From positions 30,001 to 62,000 of the forward strand of contig NZ_LWLG01000007.1 in assembly GCF_001652585.1 (NCBI RefSeq): a DNA stretch of 32,000 nt, read 5' to 3'. The position numbers and the translations under genes are program-made. This stretch comes from Thermosulfurimonas dismutans (GTDB lineage: Bacteria > Desulfobacterota > Thermodesulfobacteria > Thermodesulfobacteriales > Thermodesulfobacteriaceae). Below the pieces are notes generated by a model, which ran no database searches, was not told the DNA's origin, and worked only from the letters and a program-made list of their open reading frames with translations. Below are positions 7,173 through 14,869 of the stretch, in pieces; within the stretch, counting starts at the first letter, position 1, and each line of letters begins with the position of its first letter.

Positions 7173-8485
7173 TAGCTGCTCCCTGGAGCGGATCAGGGAA
7201 GACGATTATCACCTGCGCTCTAATCAGGCTTCTGAAAAAACGGGGATTAAAGGTTGCTCCTTTCAAGATTGGACCGGACTATATAGATCCTGCCTATCTC
7301 GAAAAGGCCGCTGGAAGGCCCTGTTACAACCTCGACACCTTCTTTTGCCCTGGCGAGGCCCTCCATCAAAGCTTCAGGCGAGGAATGCGGGAAGCGGATC
7401 TCGCGATAGTTGAGGGCGTAATGGGACTTTTCGATGGCCTCGGAGGCACAACCAAGGCCTCCACAGCGGAGGTGGCTAAAGAGTTAGGGCTTCCGGTGGT
7501 TCTGGTGCTTCCGGCTAAAAGCTTTTCAGGTACCGCCGCTGCCCTTGTCAGAGGCTTGATAGAGTTTGATGAAAGTCTCAAGTTTTTAGGCCTCATTTTA
7601 AATCAAGTGGGCTCTGCCAAACATGAGAAGTTTTTACGCCGGGCCCTTTCCGAGGTCGAGATTCCCGTGATCGGGGTTATTCCCAGAGATGAAATCTTAG
7701 AGCTTCCTTCCCGACACCTGGGATTGGTTCAGGCTGAGGAACTCGATTTTGGAGAAAGGTTAGAAAAATTGGCGGAGAAAATGGCTAACTTTATAGATGT
7801 TGAGGCCATTTTAAACATTAGATCCCATACTTTGGAGCCTGAAGAGGGGTTTCATGGGGATCATCCATTCAAGAAAAAATTTTACATGGCTGTGGCTCGA
7901 GATAGGGCCTTTGCCTTCTATTATCGGGAAAATCTCGATCTTTTAATGGAAGCCGGAGCAGATCTGATCTATTTTTCACCTTTGAAAGATCCTTTTCCGG
8001 AGAAAGCCCAGGCTCTCTACATTGGAGGAGGCTATCCTGAACTCTTTGCGGAAAGCCTCTCCCAAAGAAAGGAATTGCTGGAACATCTGCGCAAAAGAAT
8101 CAAAGAAGGTCTGCCGGTTCTCGCTGAATGTGGAGGGTTTATGTTCTTGCTAGAAGCCATTGAGACTCAGGGAAAGGTTTACCCTATGGTTGGCGCCATA
8201 AAGGGGGTGGCTAGAATGACTAAGGGCCTTCGGGCTCTTGGATATCGCGAAGTGCGTTTTCCCCGCCAAAATTTCCTTTTTCCCGAAAAAGCTCTCGCTA
8301 GAGGACATGAATTCCGGTATAGTGTAGTTCCTAACGGAAAGCTTTGGGGATTGGAAGTCAAAGATGCCGAAGGTCAACGAGTGGAGACCTATGGCTTGGC
8401 GGAAAACAACCTCGTGGCCAGTTATATCCACTTCCATTTTGGAAGCTGTCCCGAAGCTCTCAAACATTTCGTATCTCAGATTTAA
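7130..8485 (+). CDS. cbiA: Cobyrinate (or related tetrapyrrole) a,c-diamide synthase, CbiA/CobB family
   Basis: 451 aa. P-loop VIAAPWSGSGKTIITCAL, then FKIGPDYIDP. The C-terminal glutaminase has ECGGFMFL (Cys nucleophile) and GHEFRYS. The start is a TTG at 7130, the only start codon in frame upstream of the P-loop. It lies inside the pilX 3' end, with GGAGG at 7113-7117. Confidence 0.88.
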   Translation: MALRRLQTGNRGLVIAAPWSGSGKTIITCALIRLLKKRGLKVAPFKIGPDYIDPAYLEKAAGRPCYNLDTFFCPGEALHQSFRRGMREADLAIVEGVMGLFDGLGGTTKASTAEVAKELGLPVVLVLPAKSFSGTAAALVRGLIEFDESLKFLGLILNQVGSAKHEKFLRRALSEVEIPVIGVIPRDEILELPSRHLGLVQAEELDFGERLEKLAEKMANFIDVEAILNIRSHTLEPEEGFHGDHPFKKKFYMAVARDRAFAFYYRENLDLLMEAGADLIYFSPLKDPFPEKAQALYIGGGYPELFAESLSQRKELLEHLRKRIKEGLPVLAECGGFMFLLEAIETQGKVYPMVGAIKGVARMTKGLRALGYREVRFPRQNFLFPEKALARGHEFRYSVVPNGKLWGLEVKDAEGQRVETYGLAENNLVASYIHFHFGSCPEALKHFVSQI

Positions 8486-8515
8486 AGATTTGATTTTTTC
8501 AAGGGGGCCTAATTT

Positions 8516-11476
8516 ATGAAAAGGATTTCATTCTTTGGAATAATTTTTGCAATTTTATTTTTAAATACCTCTGCTTTAAAAGCAGCCCCAAAAAACAATA
8601 TTCCAAGGGTTTCGGTTTGGATTAATATCAATCCGCAAGACCATACTATAACCGGCAAAAGCGTGGTTCTCCTGCCCCAGGGAAAGGTTACTTGGATAAA
8701 TGTCAGAAATTTAATCCTTCAGAAAGTACTTCTAGGGAAAAAACTTATCAGACCAGAAATCGAAAATGGTCGTTTTCGAGTGCTTTCGGTAGGCAAAAAT
8801 CAATTTCTGGAAATCCACTTCAGGGCCTATTTTCCTTCGAAAAATTTTGCCCACACCAAAGGGTTTATTTCTAAAGAAGAAGGACTTTTATTGGGAAACT
8901 GGTTTCCAGCTCCGGAAGACTTAGCTATTTATAGCCTTCGAGTCTCTGTCCCCAACAAATATAAAGTAATTACCTCTGCTGAAGAGCTGAAAGTCCAGAA
9001 GCAAAAAAAAGTGAAGATATATAATTTTTCTCTTTTTCATCCCTCACCAGCCCCACCTTTAATTTTTGGAAAGTATGAGTATTACTACCGTACCTGGCAT
9101 AATCGAACCCTGGCCTTATACTTGAAGGTGCCGGATCCGGAACTTGCTCGAAATTATCTTGAAAATGCTCTCCGAGCCTTAAAAACTTATGAAAAATTAA
9201 TTGGCCCCTACCCTTATCGCAGACTTTCCATCGTAGAGATCTCTCATGAAGTAGGCTATTCCTACCCTACTCTTGTGCTCTTTGGAAGCAAGGTTATAAG
9301 ACTGCCTTTCATCTTGAAAACTTCTTTGTCCCACGAAATACTCCATCAGTGGTTCGGATGTAGTGTATATCCTGATAAAGGAAATTGGTCGGAAGGGTTA
9401 GTTACCTATCTCGCGGATTACAGGGCCTCTGAAGAAAAGGGCCAGGGGAAAGATTATCGCAAAGATCTTTTAATAGCTCATGAGACGTGGTGTGCGGGTG
9501 AAGATCCTTTGCCTCTTATGAACTTCGATGTTCGTAAAGACCGCTGTACTCAGGCACTAGGCTATGGGAAAGGAGCTTTCTTTTTTCATATGTTGAAACA
9601 GCAAATTGGAGAGCAGAGTTTTGAGACTTCTATCAAGGCCATATACTTAGAATACCGATATCGAAAGGCTGACTGGGAAGATTTGAGAAAGATTTTTGAA
9701 AAATACTCTCGAAAGGACCTCTCGAACTTCTTTCGACAATGGCTTACCCGTAAAGGAAAACCGAAACTGGGCTTAACCAAAAGATACCTAGTCAAAGATG
9801 AGCAAGGCAATTATCGTCTGGGACTAACCATCTATCAGGAAGCCCCTTATTATGATCTTGAGCTTTCTCTTTTGATTAATACCAACCAGGAAAGAATCAC
9901 AAAAAGGATCCTTTTAAAGGATTTCAAAAAGGAGATAGAGATTACCCTTAACGCCAAACCTCAAGAAGTCATCTTAGATCCGGATTATGATATCTGGAGG
10001 ACTCTGTCGGAAGCAGAGCTGCCTCCCAATTTAGGCCGGGTCCTTTCGTCTCCAGGAAAGATATGGCTTGAAAAGGAAGACTGGCTGATTTACCGACCCA
10101 TCATACATATATTAAAAAAGTCGGGATATGAAGTAGTCTTTGGGCCTCCTCCGGAACCAGCTAATGAACGAGAAAATTTAGTTTATTTCGGAAAACTCCC
10201 AGGTGGAATAGGTTTTCTCTTCCCTGATCGGAAAATTAAAGAAGGTTTTCTTCTGGAAGTAAAGGAGAACCCAAACTTTCCTCAAAGGGTGATCATGGTG
10301 GCCAAGGCCCAAGATGAAAATGAAATAACGGCCGTAATTTCAAAGCTACCTCATCTTTGGCGTTATGCTCGCCTTTATTTCAGAGAAGGGCGAACACTTG
10401 AGAAAGATAAAGAAGTTGGAATCGAAGGTCTGAGGCTTTCACTCGAGGCCGGAATTACTGGATTGCCGCTCAAAAAGCTCCTTTCCCTGGATGAAATCAT
10501 ACGGCAGGTCTCTTTGAGCCGGGTTATCTTGGTGGGCGAGGAACATAATCGCTACGAGCATCATTTGGCTCAGCTCGAAATTATAAAATGGCTTCATAAC
10601 CATGGTCACAAGATCGCCATCGGTATGGAGATGTTTCAACAACCTTTTCAAAAATATCTGGATCTTTATCTCTCTGGAGAGATAAGTGAACAGGAATTTC
10701 TCAAAAGGACGGAATACTTTAAACGTTGGCGTTTTGACTGGAAGCTTTACAAACCCATTTTAGATTATGCTAAAAAGAACGGAATCCCAGTAGTAGCCCT
10801 CAATATTCCTTACGAAATTACTAAAAAAGTGGCCCGCTCAGGACTTGAGAGTTTGAGTCTGGAAGAAAAGGCCGATCTTCCCGAGATAGATTTTTCAAAC
10901 GAGGCCTATCGAGCCTATCTTTTTGAGATTTATAAGAAGCATCGAGAATTCGCTTACGAATTCCCTAAATTTGAATTTTTTTATCAAGCCCAACTCCTTT
11001 GGGATGAGGGTATGGCCGAAGCTGCTTCACGCTGGCTCTCGGAGAATCCTGAGTATCAGATGATCATCTTAGCAGGCAAAGGCCATATAATGTATGGCTA
11101 TGGTATCCCTTCTAGAATTAAAAGGCGCGGAATCTCCTCAGTGGCCACTCTAGTCCTCGGGGGAAACGAAAAAGTTACCGCCGGTTTCGCCGACTACATC
11201 CTTTACCCCGAACCGGTAGCACCTCCTTTTACCGCTCGACTGGGAGTATGGCTTGAAGAGATTGAGGAAGGGTTAAGGATTGCAAAAGTAGAAAAAGAGA
11301 CTCCTGCCTATAAAGTCGGTCTTAAAAAGGGAGATATCTTGGTTTCTGCTGATGGTCAAAGATTAAAAAGTGTAGCAGACTTAAAGATTATTCTTACTTT
11401 CAAAAAGAAGGGAGATAATCTCGAACTTAGGTATCTAAGAGAACAAAAAGTACATTCTCTTACAATAAAGTTTTAA
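8516..11476 (+). CDS. Secreted multidomain protein: M1-like zinc metallopeptidase, ChaN/TIKI-superfamily (haem-binding uptake type) domain, and C-terminal PDZ
   Basis: 986 aa. Signal peptide MKRISFFGIIFAILFLNTSALKA|AP. HEILH (HExxH) is followed by WSEGLVTYLADY, a gluzincin-type third ligand. VILVGEEHNRYEHHLAQLEII and LAGKGHIMYGYG supply the paired GxxH motifs of ChaN/TIKI. The PDZ signature is GLKKGDILVSADGQRLKSVADL. Confidence 0.85.
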   Translation: MKRISFFGIIFAILFLNTSALKAAPKNNIPRVSVWININPQDHTITGKSVVLLPQGKVTWINVRNLILQKVLLGKKLIRPEIENGRFRVLSVGKNQFLEIHFRAYFPSKNFAHTKGFISKEEGLLLGNWFPAPEDLAIYSLRVSVPNKYKVITSAEELKVQKQKKVKIYNFSLFHPSPAPPLIFGKYEYYYRTWHNRTLALYLKVPDPELARNYLENALRALKTYEKLIGPYPYRRLSIVEISHEVGYSYPTLVLFGSKVIRLPFILKTSLSHEILHQWFGCSVYPDKGNWSEGLVTYLADYRASEEKGQGKDYRKDLLIAHETWCAGEDPLPLMNFDVRKDRCTQALGYGKGAFFFHMLKQQIGEQSFETSIKAIYLEYRYRKADWEDLRKIFEKYSRKDLSNFFRQWLTRKGKPKLGLTKRYLVKDEQGNYRLGLTIYQEAPYYDLELSLLINTNQERITKRILLKDFKKEIEITLNAKPQEVILDPDYDIWRTLSEAELPPNLGRVLSSPGKIWLEKEDWLIYRPIIHILKKSGYEVVFGPPPEPANERENLVYFGKLPGGIGFLFPDRKIKEGFLLEVKENPNFPQRVIMVAKAQDENEITAVISKLPHLWRYARLYFREGRTLEKDKEVGIEGLRLSLEAGITGLPLKKLLSLDEIIRQVSLSRVILVGEEHNRYEHHLAQLEIIKWLHNHGHKIAIGMEMFQQPFQKYLDLYLSGEISEQEFLKRTEYFKRWRFDWKLYKPILDYAKKNGIPVVALNIPYEITKKVARSGLESLSLEEKADLPEIDFSNEAYRAYLFEIYKKHREFAYEFPKFEFFYQAQLLWDEGMAEAASRWLSENPEYQMIILAGKGHIMYGYGIPSRIKRRGISSVATLVLGGNEKVTAGFADYILYPEPVAPPFTARLGVWLEEIEEGLRIAKVEKETPAYKVGLKKGDILVSADGQRLKSVADLKIILTFKKKGDNLELRYLREQKVHSLTIKF

Positions 11477-11480
11477 TTAA

Positions 11481-11503
11481 GGGGGGATAACCCCCCCTTT
11501 TTG
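11481..11503. terminator. Rho-independent terminator between convergent genes (clear on the + strand, possibly bidirectional)
   Basis: GGGGGG-ATAA-CCCCCC(C) hairpin at 11481-11497, followed by TTTTT. It sits 5 nt after the stop of the 986-aa gene and 11 nt beyond the hup stop. The upstream flank is AT-rich (TTTTAATTAA). Confidence 0.72.
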
Positions 11504-11513
11504 ATAAATTAGC

Positions 11514-11795
11514 TTATTTCTTCTTGTTAACTATAGACTCTAGGTTGCTTCCGGGCTTAAATTTTACTATTTTCCTAGCAGGGATCTTTATCTCTTCTCC
11601 GGTTCTGGGATTACGGCCCTTTCGAGCGGCTCGTTTAGTGACCATAAAGGTACCGAATCCCACCAGAGTGACCTTTTCGCCTTTCCCAAGGGCTTCTCCT
11701 ACAGCCTCTATAAAAGCATTCAAAGCTTTTTCAGCCGAGGCTTTGGTCATGCCAGAGATCTCAGCCATTTTAGAAACCAATTCAGCCTTATTCAT
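11514..11795 (-). CDS. hup: DNA-binding protein HU
   Basis: [82 protein letters not shown] is canonical HU. I chose the internal ATG at 11795 (93 aa) because it is preceded by TAAGGAGGTTTCT. The track's 117-aa extension adds non-homologous residues. Confidence 0.93.
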   Translation of the reverse strand: MNKAELVSKMAEISGMTKASAEKALNAFIEAVGEALGKGEKVTLVGFGTFMVTKRAARKGRNPRTGEEIKIPARKIVKFKPGSNLESIVNKKK

Positions 11796-11838
11796 AGAAA
11801 CCTCCTTATATAGAGTTTTTAAACCCCCTCGTTTCTCT

Positions 11839-11867
11839 CTTTTAGAAAAATCGAAAATGAAAGTCAA
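11839..11867 (-). promoter_or_regulatory. Candidate hup promoter (TTGACT, 17 nt, TAAAAG on the minus strand)
   Basis: The complement of 11862-11867 is TTGACT and the complement of 11839-11844 is TAAAAG, separated by 17 nt. It lies about 45 nt upstream of the hup ATG. Pattern match only. Confidence 0.35.
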
Positions 11868-11955
11868 GAGGGAAGTTTTAAAATGAAGAAATAAATTTAT
11901 TGTAAAAGAGTCGGTTCGAAATAGACCTATCCAAGATTAAAGCTCAAAAAAGGAT

Positions 11956-12363
11956 CTATTTACATTTAGAACATCTTCCATAGAAAAAAATCTGAAACTT
12001 TTCTATAATTAAACCCATTTGATCAAAATTCTGAATTTTTAAATCTAAAGATTTACAAATATCAATTATCTTTCCACATTTAGTACATACAAAATGATGG
12101 TGAGGTTGAGGATTAGGATCGAACCTTTTCCTACCCCCCTCAATATTCAATTCAGTGATCAAGCCTTTTTCTTTTAGGGCCTCCAAGGTATTATAAACGG
12201 TAGCAAAAGACATACTGGGAAACTTTTCACTTACATGGCGATATATGTCCTCGGCCGTTGGATGAGAGGTGTTACCCTCTAGATATTCCAAGATGGCTAG
12301 CCTCTGAGGAGTAATCTTTAAGCCTAATCTTCGATAATAATCAATTTTATCTTTATCCAACAT
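11956..12363 (-). CDS. Fur-family metalloregulator (Fur/PerR/Zur; subtype not resolvable by eye)
   Basis: 135 aa. Winged-helix segment ITPQRLAILEYLEGNTSHPTAEDIYRHV, then HHHFVCTKCGKIIDI and a C-terminal CSKCK (two CxxC pairs of the structural Zn site). Confidence 0.9.
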   Translation of the reverse strand: MLDKDKIDYYRRLGLKITPQRLAILEYLEGNTSHPTAEDIYRHVSEKFPSMSFATVYNTLEALKEKGLITELNIEGGRKRFDPNPQPHHHFVCTKCGKIIDICKSLDLKIQNFDQMGLIIEKFQIFFYGRCSKCK

Positions 12364-12394
12364 CCCTTCTCTCCCAAATAAAAATTCTTCTAAA

Positions 12395-12422
12395 AGAATA
12401 GCTTCTTTAAATTGTTTGTCAA
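12395..12422 (-). promoter_or_regulatory. Candidate promoter of the fur-family gene (TTGACA, 16 nt, TATTCT on the minus strand)
   Basis: The complement of 12417-12422 is a perfect TTGACA and the complement of 12395-12400 is TATTCT. The -10 overlaps the inverted repeat ATTCTT-N4-AAGAAT at 12384-12399. Confidence 0.4.
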
Positions 12423-12435
12423 GATAAAAAACAAG

Positions 12436-12467
12436 ATTCTTTCAAGAATTGACTTTAATTGCAATTC
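12436..12467. repeat. Two overlapping inverted repeats in the fur/mltD intergenic region (candidate operator)
   Basis: ATTCTT-tc-AAGAAT at 12436-12449 and GAATTG-N10-CAATTC at 12446-12467, read directly. They overlap the -35 and spacer of the putative mltD promoter. Function is unproven, and the region is AT-rich, so chance palindromes are likely. Confidence 0.4.
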
Positions 12468-12477
12468 TAGCTATAAA
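12449..12477 (+). promoter_or_regulatory. Candidate sigma70-type promoter for the mltD-like gene (TTGACT, 17 nt, TATAAA)
   Basis: TTGACT at 12449-12454 and TATAAA at 12472-12477. Only 7 nt separate the -10 from the ATG at 12485, which would make the transcript leaderless or nearly so. Confidence 0.42.
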
Positions 12478-12484
12478 AAAGGCC

Positions 12485-13789
12485 ATGCAAATATCGAAAA
12501 CTACGATTATAGGTCTGTTTTATATCTGGATATCATTTGGTCTTATTACTCAAGTTTTGGCTTTCGAACAGAAGATTTTTTTGCCTGGAGACTACAATGA
12601 TGAGAATTTAATCGAAGAAAATCTTGAGCTTCTTCCAGAAGAAATAGTCTCCGAAGAATTGCCCCCCAATCTCAATGATCAGATAAATTATTTTATTTAC
12701 TACTTTAGTGTAAAAAAAAGGAAGACTTTTGAAAATTGGCTCAGACGTTCCGGGCGTTATTTGCCCCTTATCAGGAATATCTTTTCACGATATGACCTTC
12801 CTGAAGATTTAGCTTATCTGGCTATGATAGAAAGCGGATTCAATCCCTTCGCTTATTCTAGGGCCGGGGCTTGTGGTATTTGGCAGTTCATGAGGGGTAC
12901 GGCCCGAAAGTATGGCCTTAAGATCAATTATTGGATAGACGAGCGTAGAGACCCTGAAAAAGCTACTGAAGCCGCGGCCCTTTATCTGTCGGATCTTTAT
13001 GGCATATTCGGCGACTGGCGCCTAGCTTGTGCGGCTTATAATGCCGGCGAGGGTAAGATTACTCGGGCTATATTGAGATATCGTACCCGAGATTATTGGA
13101 AACTCTGTCGTTATCGCTATCTTCGTAGGGAAACTAAGAATTATCTTCCTAAATGGTTAGCGGCCTTAGTTATAGCCAAAAATCCTGAAAAATATGGCTT
13201 TTTCGTGAAGTATGATCCTCCCCTAGACTATGAGACCGTGGAGGTGCCCGGAGGTACAGATCTACGAGTAGTAGCTTTGGCGGCAGGGGTAGATTATAAA
13301 ACCATCAAAACCCTCAATGCCGAACTTCGACGGGCCAAGACCCCACCCTATATGGCTTCCTATCCGGTAAAGGTTCCCTTTGGTACGGCGGAAATGGTTG
13401 AGAAATATCTTTCTCAAGTCAAATTTGTGTATCATCGTAAACGTCTCTACCATCGAGTACGAAAGGGAGAGACCCTTCTAAGGATAGCTTCGTATTATAA
13501 GGTCCCTCTTAAAGTTTTAAAAAGAATGAACGGCCTCGAAGGTAATCTCATAAGGGTGGGACAGACTTTAGTTATCCCTTATCCGGAGCAGGTAAGTTTC
13601 TATGTGGCAGAACTGAAGGTTTCCCAAACAGGCTTAAAAGCTACCTACTACAAGGTCAAAAAAGGAGATACTCTTTGGAAAATTTCTCAAAAATTTGGTG
13701 TGCCATTGCAAAAGCTAAAAGTGTGGAACAATCTTTCTTCCAATCGTATCCTTCCCGGACAAGTACTTGTCCTCTGGCCGGAAGCTTAG
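12485..13789 (+). CDS. mltD: Membrane-bound lytic murein transglycosylase (MltD-like): SLT domain plus two LysM domains
   Basis: SLT catalytic motif LAYLAMIESGFNPFAYSRAGACGIWQFMRGTARKYGL and AYNAGEG. LysM repeats are YHRVRKGETLLRIASYYKVPLKVLKRMNGL and YYKVKKGDTLWKISQKFGVPLQKLKVWNNL. I prefer the ATG at 12485, which gives signal peptide MQISKTTIIGLFYIWISFGLITQVLA|FEQ, over the track's TTG at 12449. Confidence 0.9.
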   Translation: MQISKTTIIGLFYIWISFGLITQVLAFEQKIFLPGDYNDENLIEENLELLPEEIVSEELPPNLNDQINYFIYYFSVKKRKTFENWLRRSGRYLPLIRNIFSRYDLPEDLAYLAMIESGFNPFAYSRAGACGIWQFMRGTARKYGLKINYWIDERRDPEKATEAAALYLSDLYGIFGDWRLACAAYNAGEGKITRAILRYRTRDYWKLCRYRYLRRETKNYLPKWLAALVIAKNPEKYGFFVKYDPPLDYETVEVPGGTDLRVVALAAGVDYKTIKTLNAELRRAKTPPYMASYPVKVPFGTAEMVEKYLSQVKFVYHRKRLYHRVRKGETLLRIASYYKVPLKVLKRMNGLEGNLIRVGQTLVIPYPEQVSFYVAELKVSQTGLKATYYKVKKGDTLWKISQKFGVPLQKLKVWNNLSSNRILPGQVLVLWPEA

Positions 13790-13934
13790 TTGCTTGTTAA
13801 AGTAATATCTTGGAGCAAAAATGGAAAATTATTTTGAATGGACTATGTTAACAAGCCCATCCTCAGAGGGGGGAAATCTCACCTACTATGCATATGACTT
13901 ATTTCCAAGTACTTTATAAGGGAGTCTCTGTCCT

Positions 13935-14813
13935 ATGGAGAGGACCAGATTATTTTCCCTTCCAGTGAAACTAAACTTAGTTTTGAATAAAGTTCTATTG
14001 CTGATTTGTTTGTTTCTATTTAAGGCTGTTTCGGCCCTTGGGATCACTATCACGGCCACTAATTTCCCTCTTTATGACCTGGCTAGGAGGCTTGCTCCCG
14101 AGGAAAGAATTCATTTACTGATCCCGCCGGGAGCGGATTTTCACCACTTCGAACCCGGTTTTAAGGATTTTAGGATCCTTTATGAAAGTGATCTCATCCT
14201 GGCAGTGGGCACAGAACCCTGGCTGAAACGGGCTGAGCTGAGGAAAAAAACTCTTTTCCTTACCCAGGATATCGAGGTCGAAAATCCCCATCTTTGGCTC
14301 GACTTGGAGATCGTGGAGACTTTTGTGCAGAAGCTCTCAAGGACTTTGATTTCTCTTAAGCCTTCGGAAAAGGTAGCTTTTGAAAAGCGGGCTCAGGAAG
14401 TGCTAGGAGAGATTGAGAACATAAGGCGGGAACTAAAAACGCTTGCCACCTGTCAGACCAAAAAAGTGGTCATTTTGGGACATGCGGCCCTAGGATATTT
14501 TCTGCGGGAGGCCGGACTTGAAGAAGTGGCCCTGGCCGGTCCCCATCCTGAAGGAGAAGTTCCTCCCAGAAGACTACATGAAACCTTGGAACTCATGAAA
14601 AGAGAAAATATTTCTGTCGTTTTCCTTTTGGATCCCTCTTTCCGGAAATATCTACCTCTGTTTCAGAAAAAAAGGCGAGTTCGAGTTTTTACTCTCAACC
14701 CCGGATTACCTCTTTTGCCTGAAGATCGGAATTTAGATTTTTTTGCACTTTTACGCAAGAACTTGAGAAATCTCAAGATAGGTCTTTGTTCTTCAAGCTT
14801 GCCAAATTCTTAG
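13935..14813 (+). CDS. Metal ABC-transporter substrate-binding protein, ZnuA/TroA family (orphan in this window)
   Basis: 292 aa. Hydrophobic N-terminus, GADFHHFEP, NPHLWLDL, ILGHAALGYF and the conserved C-terminal VVFLLDPS block fit the ZnuA/TroA fold. AAGGGAG lies 10 nt upstream of the ATG. An alternative TTG start at 13983 would give MNKVLLLICLFLFKAVSA. Confidence 0.82.
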   Translation: MERTRLFSLPVKLNLVLNKVLLLICLFLFKAVSALGITITATNFPLYDLARRLAPEERIHLLIPPGADFHHFEPGFKDFRILYESDLILAVGTEPWLKRAELRKKTLFLTQDIEVENPHLWLDLEIVETFVQKLSRTLISLKPSEKVAFEKRAQEVLGEIENIRRELKTLATCQTKKVVILGHAALGYFLREAGLEEVALAGPHPEGEVPPRRLHETLELMKRENISVVFLLDPSFRKYLPLFQKKRRVRVFTLNPGLPLLPEDRNLDFFALLRKNLRNLKIGLCSSSLPNS

Positions 14814-14869
14814 TTTTGGTATAGGAGAAAACCATCCGTAAAGAAACCTAAAGGCAAGGAGGTCTTTTT

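Noticed and set aside
11514-11867. 117-aa version of the HU ORF, and the 120-aa + strand ORF 11524-11886
   Set aside because: The HU homology begins at the internal Met (11795), which has a perfect SD (TAAGGAGG). The 24 extra residues cover the putative promoter. The + strand ORF is antisense to hup.
12412-12600. 62-aa + strand ORF, and the TTG (12449) start of the mltD ORF
   Set aside because: The 62-aa ORF is out of frame with the SLT/LysM protein and spans promoter-like hexamers. The TTG at 12449 coincides with the putative -35 element, and the ATG at 12485 gives a much better signal peptide.
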